Shown piece after piece: positions 37,300 to 46,760 of a stretch of DNA of 64,000 nucleotides. A program made the translations under genes and the position numbers. Numbering within the stretch: the first letter of the stretch is position 1; every line of letters begins with the position of its first letter. The stretch is from an uncultured archaeon (lineage in GTDB: Archaea > Nanobdellota > Nanobdellia > Woesearchaeales > CAIVOO01), in assembly GCA_903904885.1 (NCBI GenBank), contig CAIVED010000021.1, positions 17,456-81,455 of the forward strand, read 5' to 3'. Under the pieces are notes generated by a model. That model saw nothing but the letters and a program-made list of their open reading frames with translations, was not told where the DNA came from and did no database searches.

Positions 37300-37827
37300 T
37301 TAGATCAGCTTTTTCATTTCAAACACAAATTCCTTTGCTCTTTGAAGTGAGGTTTTTGCCCTGGATTCCTTTGTCTTTTCAAGCATATCATACTGGAATC
37401 TTGAACGCTTGCCTAACTCAAAGCTGTAGAATTCTATAACCTCCTCTGCTCTTGCATTTGCAATTTCAAGAGCATCATCTTTTATGTTTTCATAGTCTTC
37501 CAATAGGTCCTTTTTTAATTTATTTAGAACAAGGACTATCAACGCATCATTTGTAACCTTGTGAGCAATCTTGTCCTGAATTTTGTAGCCAAGGTTCAAA
37601 AGAACAGCATTTGCAGCGTAGAACATTGAATAGTATGACGTGACTATAACCCAGAGATATGGCCTGAGGCTGCTCTGCATAAGCTCGCTTGCCACAGCAA
37701 GGGAAAGCTCTGCATTTTCAATGTATTTTTCCTTTGCTGCCTCATTTGTCTCTTTTTTCAGAAGACCTTCTTCTAAGTATCTTGAGAAGTTATTTTTCGC
37801 TTCCTTTGTTCTTGTTTCATCTATCAT
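37300..37827 (-). CDS. HEPN domain protein (PF05168-type), partner of the MNT gene
   Basis: VIVTSYYSMFYAANAVLLNLGYKI...RAEEVIEFY...RSRFQYD. Its start overlaps the MNT stop by 4 nt. Confidence 0.65.
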   Translation of the reverse strand: MIDETRTKEAKNNFSRYLEEGLLKKETNEAAKEKYIENAELSLAVASELMQSSLRPYLWVIVTSYYSMFYAANAVLLNLGYKIQDKIAHKVTNDALIVLVLNKLKKDLLEDYENIKDDALEIANARAEEVIEFYSFELGKRSRFQYDMLEKTKESRAKTSLQRAKEFVFEMKKLI

Positions 37828-38390
37828 TTTATCAGTTCATAATAGCTTTCAATTCCGTGAAGTATCACATTGTTTGCTATTGCTTCCGAGCCTACTGTCA
37901 TTTTTTTTGAATTTTTCATTTCAATGAATTCAGCTTCGCTGAATATGTTTATATGAAGATCAAGAGGAATTGTGTCTGCGATGCGGTTTATTTCCTTTAT
38001 TTCATCAGGTACTATGAACAGAAGGTCTATGTCTGAATTGTTTTTGGCTGTTTTCTTTGCGTGGGATCCAAAAAGCAGAAGTATGAAAAGTTTTGTTTTC
38101 AGTCCGGAGACAAAGCTGTCCAGCATTACCTTGAGGTTTTTGTTTTTCAAAGTATCTTCTCTTCTTTCATATTCTGCCCGATAAATTAGAGGATTTGGGC
38201 GGGGGATTAATTCTATTTTTGCTGATTTGCCGAAAGCTGTTGTTTTTAGTATTCCCGTTTTTTCAAGCCTTTTGACTATTGTATGGGCGGTCTTGTAATC
38301 CTTTCCTGCTATCCTGGCAAGTCTGCTTATGTTCATGTCACCCTTGTTTTCTATCAAAGCCTTGATTATTGATGTTTCTTTGGTTCTCAT
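37824..38390 (-). CDS. Minimal nucleotidyltransferase (MNT, Pol-beta fold) fused to N-terminal winged HTH
   Basis: The N-terminus has ISRLARIAGKDYKTAHTIVKRLEKTGIL, a wHTH. The NTase motif is LLFGSHAKKTAKNNSDIDLLFIVPDE. Confidence 0.7.
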   Translation of the reverse strand: MRTKETSIIKALIENKGDMNISRLARIAGKDYKTAHTIVKRLEKTGILKTTAFGKSAKIELIPRPNPLIYRAEYERREDTLKNKNLKVMLDSFVSGLKTKLFILLLFGSHAKKTAKNNSDIDLLFIVPDEIKEINRIADTIPLDLHINIFSEAEFIEMKNSKKMTVGSEAIANNVILHGIESYYELIK

Positions 38391-38459
38391 GGTAATATCA
38401 CCTTAATATTATGGTGTTATAGCCATATATAAACCTTTCTGTTGTGAACCAGGCTAATA

Positions 38460-38500
38460 TGTATTTAAACCTTGCACGTGGCGATGGAGACGGCGCAGGG
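38460..38500. promoter_or_regulatory. Repeat/promoter module tgtatttaaaccttgcacgtggcgatg + gagacggcgcaggg (copy 2)
   Basis: Identical 26-mer to copy 1. The extension gagacggcgYaggg is shared with the 40541-40554 element. It lies upstream of the MNT-HEPN operon on the minus strand. Confidence 0.55.
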
Positions 38501-38503
38501 AGA

Positions 38504-39025
38504 TTATATCACATCACTCTTCGTGATTATTCCGGCAATCTTGTGCTTCTCCATTACTAAGACTGCAGAATTATGCTTGAGCAGGTCAATAACGGTTGTC
38601 AAAGGAGTCTTGCTGCCTATGGCTGGCAAAGGATCATCAAGCGCATCAGATACAATTTTCTTTCCGAAGTTTTCCAGTATGCTTCTTTCTGATATGCTCC
38701 CGATAATTCTATCCCGGGAATCCGTTACCGGCAGCTGCGATATGCCTTTCTGCTTCATTAAGGCAGCTGCTTTCCTTATTTCATCGCTTTCTTTTGCAAT
38801 GGTTACATTCCTGTTCATCACGTCTGCTGCTGTTTTTTCGTTTTTTAGCTCAATTGATTCCAGTGCATCAAATATCTTCTCTGCTTTCTCGTAGGTTGGG
38901 CTTACCCTTCCTGCCTCTATCTTGACTAATAACGACTGGGAAATTCCTGAAAGGCTTGACAGCTCTGCCTGGGTCAGTTCCAATGCTTTCCTTCTTCTCT
39001 TTATTTCTTCTATCTTTGGTAACAT
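38504..39025 (-). CDS. XRE-type HTH transcriptional regulator fused to tandem CBS domains
   Basis: N-terminal LTQAELSSLSGISQSLLVKIEAGRVSPTY is an XRE HTH. CBS pairs have motifs such as DVMNRNVTIAKESDEIRKAAALMKQKGISQLPV. Confidence 0.7.
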   Translation of the reverse strand: MLPKIEEIKRRRKALELTQAELSSLSGISQSLLVKIEAGRVSPTYEKAEKIFDALESIELKNEKTAADVMNRNVTIAKESDEIRKAAALMKQKGISQLPVTDSRDRIIGSISERSILENFGKKIVSDALDDPLPAIGSKTPLTTVIDLLKHNSAVLVMEKHKIAGIITKSDVI

Positions 39026-39077
39026 ATGAATATTATTGTCAAGAGCATTTATAATATACTACTATATAAGATTTTCC

Positions 39078-39566
39078 ATGAAAATAGCGAAACTTGAGCA
39101 ATTGATAGACATGCAGGATAAAAAGAGAGCTGCGGAGAAAAGGAAAAGCGAGCAGGAAGACGAGAAGTTCAGGCAGAAGACAGCGGCGTTCTGGAGAAAT
39201 GAAAAGCGCCTGGTTCCTGAAAAGCAGACGTTAGTGGAGAGGATAATCTCCTGGAGAGACTCCTTTGTCAAAACAGGGGCGTTCAGGAAGCTGTCCGGGG
39301 AAACAGTGATATTCTACGGCCCCTGGGGCCATGAACTGCCAAGATACGGGAATGGCTGCTGGTCGAGGGTCTATCTTGAAAAGACAGGTTCCTTGAAGTA
39401 TGCTGCGGGCTACAAGTGGATGGGAGGCAGAGGCTTCCTTGCTGAGGGTGACTTTGCGCAGAAGCTATCTTGTGATTATCTTAAGGCGCTGGCTGGGCAT
39501 CTTGAAAGCGGGGAGGTTTATGAGACGATTGCGGGGGAGGTTAAGCAGTCCTTAAAACCCTCTTAA
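39078..39566 (+). CDS. Hypothetical protein encoded by a conspicuously GC-rich gene
   Basis: About 50-55% GC by eye against an AT-rich background. Trp/Gly-rich (GPWGHELPRYGNGCWSRVY). The start is reset to the Met 25 nt downstream of a tttataatatac TATA. Confidence 0.45.
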   Translation: MKIAKLEQLIDMQDKKRAAEKRKSEQEDEKFRQKTAAFWRNEKRLVPEKQTLVERIISWRDSFVKTGAFRKLSGETVIFYGPWGHELPRYGNGCWSRVYLEKTGSLKYAAGYKWMGGRGFLAEGDFAQKLSCDYLKALAGHLESGEVYETIAGEVKQSLKPS

Positions 39567-40032
39567 AGAACAGGTTCTCTTTCTGCCCCGAACTTATCTT
39601 TTCAAGCTCGTAATCCTTAAGCAATGTTACCAGTTTTGTTTCACAATTCCTTACAGTTTCCGCGGCAGAAGAAATCCCCGAAACAATAAACACTGAAGGA
39701 ATGTTGCTTGAGACTATAGACGTCGCTGCCTGGAGGATATCTCTCTCCTTGTCAGTGTTTCGCACAAATAGCACATGTTTTTCTATATTCTCAAGGACTT
39801 TCATAATATCTTCCTTGAATTTATCAAGGGAAACTATATTGTCTATCAATATGCCAATATATCGGTTTAAAATCCCATTTTGAACAAATTGTGCAATATG
39901 CAAGCCCTTAACTCCATACCTATTGAAAATCTTGGTCCTAAGGTTTTGTCTCCGTTCAGCATCCTTTTCTTCTTCCAGCTTTCTAAGGGTAAGGCCCATT
40001 TTAAGCAGAAAAAGAATTTCCCGGTCATCCAC
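39541..40032 (-). CDS. Hypothetical protein (163 aa)
   Basis: Intact ORF with no assignable motif. It converges on the GC-rich gene with a 26-nt overlap. Confidence 0.4.
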   Translation of the reverse strand: MDDREILFLLKMGLTLRKLEEEKDAERRQNLRTKIFNRYGVKGLHIAQFVQNGILNRYIGILIDNIVSLDKFKEDIMKVLENIEKHVLFVRNTDKERDILQAATSIVSSNIPSVFIVSGISSAAETVRNCETKLVTLLKDYELEKISSGQKENLFFKRVLRTA

Positions 40033-40204
40033 ATAGTACTTGTAAAATTAAAGCTCTCCGGACCGGTATTGCTCCTTGACAATGCCTATTGTCTTTTCAT
40101 CCTGGATAAATGCCAGCTTTTTATCCTTCAGTTTGGTGGCAAATGATTTTATCTGGTCCAGCGACCAGTCAAGAATGCCTTTTACAGCGCCTTCTATGAT
40201 TTCG

Positions 40205-40459
40205 TCAGAGGACATCCCCGAACTCCTCCAAATATCTTGAGAGGCTCAGTTCGTTATTGTCCAGTATTATGGAACTGCCGGGCAGAATGACCATGTTTTC
40301 AACCTTTACCGGGATTTCTAAATATCTGTCAAGAACTTTGTTCCCTTCGGAATCAAGAACAAATTCCCCGTCGCAGGAGTATCCCAATTCCTTGAGCAAT
40401 AGCATCTTGGACTTCAGAGAAACTTCCTTCAGGGATACCAGTTCCATTTGGCTTGTCAT
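40205..40459 (-). CDS. Small hypothetical protein (84 aa)
   Basis: Intact ORF upstream of and divergent from radC. No GG terminus. Confidence 0.35.
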   Translation of the reverse strand: MTSQMELVSLKEVSLKSKMLLLKELGYSCDGEFVLDSEGNKVLDRYLEIPVKVENMVILPGSSIILDNNELSLSRYLEEFGDVL

Positions 40460-40511
40460 GGTTTGGTTGTTTATAAGCCTTTTGCCTCCTTCTTCGGAAT
40501 CACACGATATG

Positions 40512-40555
40512 CATATTTAAGGTTTGTGCGTGGCCACCGAGACGGCGTAGGGTTA
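40512..40555 (+). promoter_or_regulatory. TATA (catatttaagg) + GC box (tgtgcgtggccaccgagacggcgtaggg) driving radC-PIN operon
   Basis: Motif-family member. The radC ATG is 67 nt downstream of the TATA. Confidence 0.5.
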
Positions 40556-40580
40556 AAACATGCAGGGGAATTCTTAGTGC

Positions 40581-41246
40581 ATGAAGATAAAAGACATGAG
40601 CGAAGGAGAGAGGCCACGGGAGAGGATGATGAGAGAGGGAGTTTCTGTTCTTAGTGATGCTGAATTAATTGCTGTTGTTCTGCAGAAAGGAACCAGGAAG
40701 GAGAATGTTATTGATGTGAGCAACAGGCTGATTGCCAAGTTTGGCCTGGATAAATTGGCTTCTTTGTCTTTGACCGAATTGCAGTCAATTGATGGAATTG
40801 GCCCTGCGAAGGCAATGCAGATTAAATCAATGTTTGAGATTAATAAGCGGGTTAAATCTGTTCGGAATAATGTTCAGATTAAATGCTCAGAGGATGTTTT
40901 TGAATACTGTTCAGGCAAGCTGGCTGATAAAGATAAGGAGTTCTTTATGATAATAATGCTTGATTCCAAGAATAAGATAATAAAGGATGAAATTGTCTCC
41001 ATTGGCACTTTGAATAGTTCTTTAGTTCATCCTCGCGAGATATTCAAATCAGCAATTAAAGAAAGCGCTAATTCTGTAATATTAGTTCACAACCATCCTT
41101 CCGGAGATCCAACCCCCTCAGAGGAAGACGAAGAGATTACTAAACGACTGGTTGAGGCAGGGGAGTTGTTGAATATTAAAGTGCTGGATCATGTTGTTTT
41201 AGGAAGAATTAAATATCACAGTATTGTGGGCAAGAATCATGATTAA
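40581..41246 (+). CDS. radC: RadC-like JAB/JAMM domain protein
   Basis: N-terminal LSDAELIAVVLQKG. The JAMM motif is HNHPSGDPTPSEEDEEITKRL. 221 aa. Confidence 0.8.
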   Translation: MKIKDMSEGERPRERMMREGVSVLSDAELIAVVLQKGTRKENVIDVSNRLIAKFGLDKLASLSLTELQSIDGIGPAKAMQIKSMFEINKRVKSVRNNVQIKCSEDVFEYCSGKLADKDKEFFMIIMLDSKNKIIKDEIVSIGTLNSSLVHPREIFKSAIKESANSVILVHNHPSGDPTPSEEDEEITKRLVEAGELLNIKVLDHVVLGRIKYHSIVGKNHD

Positions 41247-41631
41247 GATATATGTTGATACTTGTGTTTATGTGGATCTCTTTGAAGGTGGTCGTAAATC
41301 TGCCCTTGCTTATGCTTTCTTTTCAAAGGGATGGAATTGTGCTTTTGAACTTGTGGTTTCGGATTGGGTGCGGTCAGAGCTTAGAAGAAGAAAAATGGAT
41401 TCCGATTATCCTTTGCTATTTGAAAAGTTTAAGGCTAAGAATAAGCTACATTTGATTGAGCATACTGAAGAAGAGCTGAAACTGGCTAAATCAAAGTCTG
41501 ACCATTGGCAGGATTATCTGCATTATCTGATAGCTAAGAAAGCAGGATGTGACAAGATTGTGACTTGTGATAAAGATTTTATTTTTTCTGTTTCACCCAT
41601 CTTTGATATAGTTCGTCCCGAGAATATTTAG
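41224..41631 (+). CDS. PIN-domain protein (VapC-like), co-transcribed with radC
   Basis: MIKIYVDTCVYVDLFEG is an N-terminal acidic cluster. The C-terminus has IVTCDKDF. It overlaps the radC stop by 23 nt. Confidence 0.55.
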   Translation: MWARIMIKIYVDTCVYVDLFEGGRKSALAYAFFSKGWNCAFELVVSDWVRSELRRRKMDSDYPLLFEKFKAKNKLHLIEHTEEELKLAKSKSDHWQDYLHYLIAKKAGCDKIVTCDKDFIFSVSPIFDIVRPENI

Positions 41632-42481
41632 CATCAGTATATCCAAATATCACTTGATCTAACTGTTCCTCAGCCTCCTGCTTTTTTTCTTCAATCTTAT
41701 CTTTAAGATATTCTTCTATCTCATCTCCATAATAAGTTCTCAAGGATTCTTTGAAGTTTACTAATGAGATATATTTCCACAAACTAGAGAAGAAAATACT
41801 TCTTGTTTTCTCCCATCCAAGAAGCATAGTGGCTCTTGCAAAATCTGTTACCAAATCTAAAGTTTCTTTAGGCACTAATTTGAGAAGCTCTAATGGATCT
41901 ATCTCTTTTCCTGATATTATATCTTCTTTGAACTTGTAGAGTTTATTGTCATATTTTTTATATACTTCTTTTTGCAGATCTATTGGTTCTAATTTACAGT
42001 ACTGTTCTGATTTTTCTTTGATTAGAATTTCATAATCTAGTTTTATTTCACTTTCTTCATTTCCAGAATATATTAACACAGAACAAGGGCCATGCTGATA
42101 CCAGCCAACCGGAAGATTAAGGTTTTTTTCTTTCATTACCTCATAAATTATTTTGTACACATGAGTTTTAGCCGGGTTCTTGCCATAGGCTTCATTACAA
42201 TATTTTCTTATGAGGGCATAGATAGTATGCATTACTTTTTTTTCTTGCTCTCTGATTGGCAAGCTGAAATATGTATCATCAGAATTTTTTAGGGATATCA
42301 ATTTTTCTCTTCCATCATTTTTCACTTCAACAATTCCTCCTTTCTCAAATGCAGAGATATACTGAGAAACCGTTACTCTGTTTATTTTTGATGAATTGCT
42401 TAGCTGTGTTAAGGTCTGTTCTCCTTGTTTTAGAGAATTGATTATGCTGGGGATGATATCTGAAGGTGACTTTCTTTCCAT
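41579..42481 (-). CDS. Hypothetical protein with N-terminal winged-HTH
   Basis: LTQLSNSSKINRVTVSQYISAFEKGGIVEV near the N-terminus. AT-rich gene. 300 aa. Confidence 0.45.
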   Translation of the reverse strand: MERKSPSDIIPSIINSLKQGEQTLTQLSNSSKINRVTVSQYISAFEKGGIVEVKNDGREKLISLKNSDDTYFSLPIREQEKKVMHTIYALIRKYCNEAYGKNPAKTHVYKIIYEVMKEKNLNLPVGWYQHGPCSVLIYSGNEESEIKLDYEILIKEKSEQYCKLEPIDLQKEVYKKYDNKLYKFKEDIISGKEIDPLELLKLVPKETLDLVTDFARATMLLGWEKTRSIFFSSLWKYISLVNFKESLRTYYGDEIEEYLKDKIEEKKQEAEEQLDQVIFGYTDAKYSRDELYQRWVKQKK

Positions 42482-42604
42482 TAGCTGTGATATATGTATT
42501 CTGATATATAAATGTTTTGATTATCATAATGGGATAATATGTTAATTGTAATTTACATATGTTTATAAACATCCTCATATTTATCCGCTTAAAAAAAAGA
42601 TTTT

Positions 42605-42883
42605 GTGAAATATACTAAAATGAGAAAACAAGTTAAAAAATGGGTTGATGGAGATTCGGGCTATTTTGCAGATGGCTCAGGATTTAGACTAGCTCGTGTT
42701 AGGGCTCCGGAGAAATATCAGTTTGGCGGTTCAAGAGCAACAAGAAGAGCAGCAGGAATGACTGCCAGGTCAAATGGCAATGTGAATGTCCAAGTTGTTG
42801 GCAGAAGCTATGGCCGAACAGTGGTTGAGCTGAGCAATTCAGACGGTTCAATCAACAACAGATTAATCCGAAGAGGTTGTTAG
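42605..42883 (+). CDS. Small protein with SNase/thermonuclease-like N-terminal motif (possibly truncated)
   Basis: WVDGDSGYF...RLARVRAPE resembles the SNase DGDT...RL.GIDAPE motif. Only 92 aa. Confidence 0.3.
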   Translation: MKYTKMRKQVKKWVDGDSGYFADGSGFRLARVRAPEKYQFGGSRATRRAAGMTARSNGNVNVQVVGRSYGRTVVELSNSDGSINNRLIRRGC

Positions 42884-43296
42884 AAGAAGGGGAGGTAAAA
42901 ATGAAATATGAATTTTTGATTTGTGCAGTTCTGCTACTTTTTTTAGCAGGGTGCAGTAATGACTATGTGAGTGGAAAGGTTAGCGCAAAGTTAGATTCAA
43001 TAGGCATACAAAACAATGCAGATACAAAACTGACAGTAACCGTGCAGAATACTGGTACACTCCCGTTCGAAGGTACACTGAAAGTTATCCCAGAAGATGG
43101 GGCAGTTACTGCGTCATATCCTAATGATAAGGAACTAACATTTACCCTACAAAAACAAGAACAACAAACTAAAGTATTCACCATACATGGGACCACTAAA
43201 ACCATAAGCACAAATTATTTGATTAAGGTGGTACTAGTAAACAACACAAATGGAATAATTGATCAAACAGAGGTCACATTGACTGTAAACAAATAA
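42877..43296 (+). CDS. Lipoprotein (139 aa)
   Basis: LLLFLAGCSNDY lipobox. Beta-rich mature region. Confidence 0.55.
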   Translation: MLEEGEVKMKYEFLICAVLLLFLAGCSNDYVSGKVSAKLDSIGIQNNADTKLTVTVQNTGTLPFEGTLKVIPEDGAVTASYPNDKELTFTLQKQEQQTKVFTIHGTTKTISTNYLIKVVLVNNTNGIIDQTEVTLTVNK

Positions 43297-43302
43297 AGTA
43301 AA

Positions 43303-43857
43303 ATGAAAAAGACAACGTACATTAAGTTTTTTGCGCCAATAGATAATAATACGGTTCATACGCTGATGACAGTGATAGACCAAAAGATCCTGGAAGGAGT
43401 AAATAAAATAGTTTTAATCATATCTTCTCAGGGAGGCTCAGTTTTTCATGGCATTAGCGCATATAATTATCTTAATGGACTTCCAGTTGAGGTAGAAACC
43501 CATAATTTTGGAAGTGTAGACTCAATCGGAGTTGTTTTGTTCTTGTCTGGGAAAAAAAGATTTGCTGTACCCGACTCAAGGTTCATGATGCACCCAGTTG
43601 TGATGAATTTTGTGAATGGTTCTACATTGGATGAACATGGGCTTAATGAAACTATAAAAGGGCTAAAAATGGATTCACAAAATATAGCGTCCATAATAGC
43701 AAAAAACACTGATAAAAACGTAGAAGACATTAAGAATGAAATTAATAATAGAACAACTTTGAGCGCTTCTGAAGCTAAAGATTTTGGTTTAATTCATGAG
43801 ATTAAGAAAGAATTGATTCCTGTGGGAGCAGATTTAGTGTGCATAAATGTTCCATAA
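43303..43857 (+). CDS. ClpP-like (S14) serine peptidase, phage/defence-type
   Basis: KFFAPIDNNTVHTLMTVIDQ...IISSQGGSVFHGISAYNYL...KKRFAVPDSRFMMHPV parallels ClpP IYLFGPIDD...INSPGGSV...GKRFALPNSRIMIHQP. Confidence 0.6.
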   Translation: MKKTTYIKFFAPIDNNTVHTLMTVIDQKILEGVNKIVLIISSQGGSVFHGISAYNYLNGLPVEVETHNFGSVDSIGVVLFLSGKKRFAVPDSRFMMHPVVMNFVNGSTLDEHGLNETIKGLKMDSQNIASIIAKNTDKNVEDIKNEINNRTTLSASEAKDFGLIHEIKKELIPVGADLVCINVP

Positions 43858-43864
43858 ATAAAAT

Positions 43865-45325
43865 TCATACCTCAAACGCCTCCCTCAAAACTGCTTCCAT
43901 CAATAACTCAGAATTCTTTTGGTTTTCTTTGACTCTGGTTTCTAATTCATCGCAAAGCTTCATTAATTGGTCAACTTTTTCAACAATACGCTTTTGTTCG
44001 AAGAGAGGTGGGAGGGGAAATAAGTACTCTCTCAAATAGTTTAGCGCGACAAATGATTGAACAGCCCCACTTGATTTTTCTTTCATAATAACTTCTGCAT
44101 ACCTTAAAAAATAAAGAAGATATTTAGAATTACTTAAATGAGTGTTGTAAAATTTAAAAAGTGCTACATTTTTTATACTGAAATTTGGTTCAATATCAAT
44201 TAAAACTGGATTTCCTATACTGCCAATCATAGCAAAGATTATGTCCCCTTTATCAACTTTTGAACGTTTTGATATCTCAATATGATCTTGATTTGAGATG
44301 TACTTAATATTATTCATATCCAGTTTTCCGTTGTAGATATTTTTACTAGTCACAAGAGGAAATCCTTCGTTGACATATTTGGGAGTATCATGTGTCCCAT
44401 CCCTCACATCAAAAACGTCTTGTAATCTTGCCCACACCCATCCGCCAGGTAGTTCATAATGAATTTCTTCTTTTGTGATTGGTGGCAGAGGTTTGTCTTT
44501 CTTGATTTTCTTTTCTTTAATTAATTTCTCTTTCTCTGCTTTAATCTTCTTTAACAATTCTGATGCAGGTTCGTCTTTTGGGTCTTGCGGAACAAGTTTT
44601 CCAGAAACAGCTTCTTGAAGGATTGATTTTCTTAAGTGCGAAATTAATTCAAAATCGTCTAAATAAATATTTCTTATAGTATTGTAACCTTCTTTGGTAA
44701 GAATAAACTCTTTTAATTGAGGAATTATTGCAGCATACCCTCTTACGTCCTCCACTAACTTAGTTTTTTCTATATGAAACAGTAATTTTTGAACATTTTC
44801 TTGAATTTCTAATGGGGGAATAGGAACTTCCGTATTTTTTACGACATCTTGGCTAATGTTAGGTTGCGCACCTCCAAAACTTTGTTGTATATATTCAAAT
44901 CTTTTTTGTCTAAAGAACCAAAATAAGTATTCTTTAGAGATTCCTTTTTCAGGATAAACTGCGCAAACTGCTTGATTGGACGCAGCTTCAAATCCCAATA
45001 TTCCCGTCTTTCCAACTGTGGCGCCATAAAGAGCTAATACTAAAGTTCCTTTTGGATATAACTTAGCGCTTGAATTTTTTAAGGCATCTTCAGTTATGGT
45101 TTCCTCTGATACCATGATTATAGTATCATTCAGCTCTCCAGACTTAATCCATGCAATGTTTCCACCATAATAGGCTGATATTGACCTATTAGGTGTTCCC
45201 CCACTTGTAGTTTTTGCAATATCTTTAATCTTTTTTGAAGGATATTTTTGTGATAGATAATTAAAGAGTATTTTAGCTACACCTACTGAAGTATCTACTT
45301 TGTTGTAAAATTCAAGCAATCTCAT
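43865..45325 (-). CDS. hsdS: Type I restriction-modification specificity subunit HsdS (two TRDs)
   Basis: Conserved spacers are VPIPPLEIQENVQKLL and LFPLPPLFEQKRIVEKVDQLMKLCDELE. Its start overlaps the hsdM stop by 4 nt. Confidence 0.85.
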   Translation of the reverse strand: MRLLEFYNKVDTSVGVAKILFNYLSQKYPSKKIKDIAKTTSGGTPNRSISAYYGGNIAWIKSGELNDTIIMVSEETITEDALKNSSAKLYPKGTLVLALYGATVGKTGILGFEAASNQAVCAVYPEKGISKEYLFWFFRQKRFEYIQQSFGGAQPNISQDVVKNTEVPIPPLEIQENVQKLLFHIEKTKLVEDVRGYAAIIPQLKEFILTKEGYNTIRNIYLDDFELISHLRKSILQEAVSGKLVPQDPKDEPASELLKKIKAEKEKLIKEKKIKKDKPLPPITKEEIHYELPGGWVWARLQDVFDVRDGTHDTPKYVNEGFPLVTSKNIYNGKLDMNNIKYISNQDHIEISKRSKVDKGDIIFAMIGSIGNPVLIDIEPNFSIKNVALFKFYNTHLSNSKYLLYFLRYAEVIMKEKSSGAVQSFVALNYLREYLFPLPPLFEQKRIVEKVDQLMKLCDELETRVKENQKNSELLMEAVLREAFEV

Positions 45326-46758
45326 TTTTTAATACTTTTCTGAATAGTATCGATAATTTCAGATATTTTTTTGCTGTTTTCATTTAATTTTGTCAATAAT
45401 TCAGGTATTGTATGATTTTGAGAAGTTTCAACATTACTTGGATTATTCACATCCAAATTATAATTCCTTTTCTTTATTTCATCAATGGTTACTTTCCAGC
45501 AATTCTTTGAGAATTTCTCATCTTCTCTGTTCTTCCACCATTCTTTTTCTAAGTCAAACTCTTCAATTCTGATTGGCTTGGTTTTATTGTATGTTTTAGC
45601 TCCTTCTGGAAGTGGATGTTCAAAATACCATATCTCTTTTGTTCCTTTGCCAGATTTTTCAAAGAACAAGAGATTTGTTCTAATCCCAGTATATGGACTA
45701 AACACCCCGTTTGGCAATCTAACAATTGTATGAAGATTAAATTCAGATAGCAATTTTTCTTTTATTCTTGTTTTTACTCCCTCACCAAATAAGAATCCAT
45801 CAGGTAAAACCATTCCACATCTTCCTTCATCTCGAAGTAATTTAGTAATCAAAACTAAAAATAAATCTGCGGTTTCTCTAGTTCTATAAGCTGATGGAAA
45901 GTTTGATTCTATTCCTGGTTCCTCTGCGCCCCCAAATGGTGGATTGGTTACGACAACATCAACCATATCTGCGGGGCCATAATCTGCTAAAGGTCTAGCC
46001 AATGAATTGTCATGTCTTATATTTGGAACTTCAACGCCATGAAGAATCATATTGGTAGTGCAAAGCAAATGAGCAAGAGGCTTTTTTTCAATTCCGTTAA
46101 TATTCTTCTGTAAAGTGTCCCAATCTTCATCGCTTTTTGCGTTTTTCTTCATCTTTTCCAAAGCACAAATCAAAAAGCCTCCTGTTCCGCAAGCAGGATC
46201 AAGGACTTTTTCTCCCAGTTTTGGATTAACCATGTCAACAATAAACTGAGTTACTGCTCTAGGCGTGTAGTATTCTCCTGCATTTCCTGCAGATTGTAAA
46301 TCAGAAAGAATTTTCTCATATATATCATTAAACATATGCCTATCTTCTGACTTGTTGAAATCAACCTCATTTAGCTTATTGATAACTTGTCTAATTAGAG
46401 TTCCAGACTTCATGTAATTATAAGCATCTTCAAAAACTTCTTTGATAATAAACCCTTTTGGGTCATCTTCTTTAGACACATTTAATCCTTTTAATGTTTT
46501 GAATAATTTTCCAATGAAATCAAGAAGTTCATCACCAGTTATTCCTTCTTTATCTGCTGCCCAATTTCTCCATCTGAATTTTTCAGGAAGAGGGGATTTG
46601 TATTCTTCATTTTCTAATTCCCATTCTTTTTCTTTATCATCGAATATCTTTAGAAAAATCATCCAAACCAACTGAGAAATCCTTTGGGCATCTCCATCTA
46701 CTCCTGCATCTTGACGCATTATATCTTGTATTGATTTTATTATTGTTGATATTGACAT
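45322..46758 (-). CDS. hsdM: Type I R-M N6-adenine DNA methyltransferase HsdM
   Basis: Motif I is VLDPACGTGGFL. Motif IV is VVTNPPFGG. Confidence 0.9.
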   Translation of the reverse strand: MSISTIIKSIQDIMRQDAGVDGDAQRISQLVWMIFLKIFDDKEKEWELENEEYKSPLPEKFRWRNWAADKEGITGDELLDFIGKLFKTLKGLNVSKEDDPKGFIIKEVFEDAYNYMKSGTLIRQVINKLNEVDFNKSEDRHMFNDIYEKILSDLQSAGNAGEYYTPRAVTQFIVDMVNPKLGEKVLDPACGTGGFLICALEKMKKNAKSDEDWDTLQKNINGIEKKPLAHLLCTTNMILHGVEVPNIRHDNSLARPLADYGPADMVDVVVTNPPFGGAEEPGIESNFPSAYRTRETADLFLVLITKLLRDEGRCGMVLPDGFLFGEGVKTRIKEKLLSEFNLHTIVRLPNGVFSPYTGIRTNLLFFEKSGKGTKEIWYFEHPLPEGAKTYNKTKPIRIEEFDLEKEWWKNREDEKFSKNCWKVTIDEIKKRNYNLDVNNPSNVETSQNHTIPELLTKLNENSKKISEIIDTIQKSIKK

Positions 46759-46760
46759 TT

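Noticed and set aside
38472-38894. Plus-strand ORF (140 aa) opposite the HTH-CBS gene. Similar antisense ORFs occur at 4896-5318, 5569-5862, 15012-15458, 61468-61953, 62782-63360 and 63528-63989
   Set aside because: These are shadow ORFs fully embedded antisense to well-supported genes. They have low-complexity or hydrophobic compositions typical of out-of-frame translation and lack promoters.
40205-41246. Possible ubiquitin-like small protein + JAB (RadC) conjugation/deconjugation pair
   Set aside because: The 84-aa protein does not end in Gly-Gly and I cannot support a beta-grasp fold from sequence alone. RadC-type JAB domains commonly occur without Ubl partners.
42605-42883. Functional staphylococcal-nuclease homolog
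   Set aside because: Only the N-terminal DGD...RL..V.APE-like motif is recognisable. At 92 aa it is too short for a complete SNase fold, so it is kept as a low-confidence fragment.
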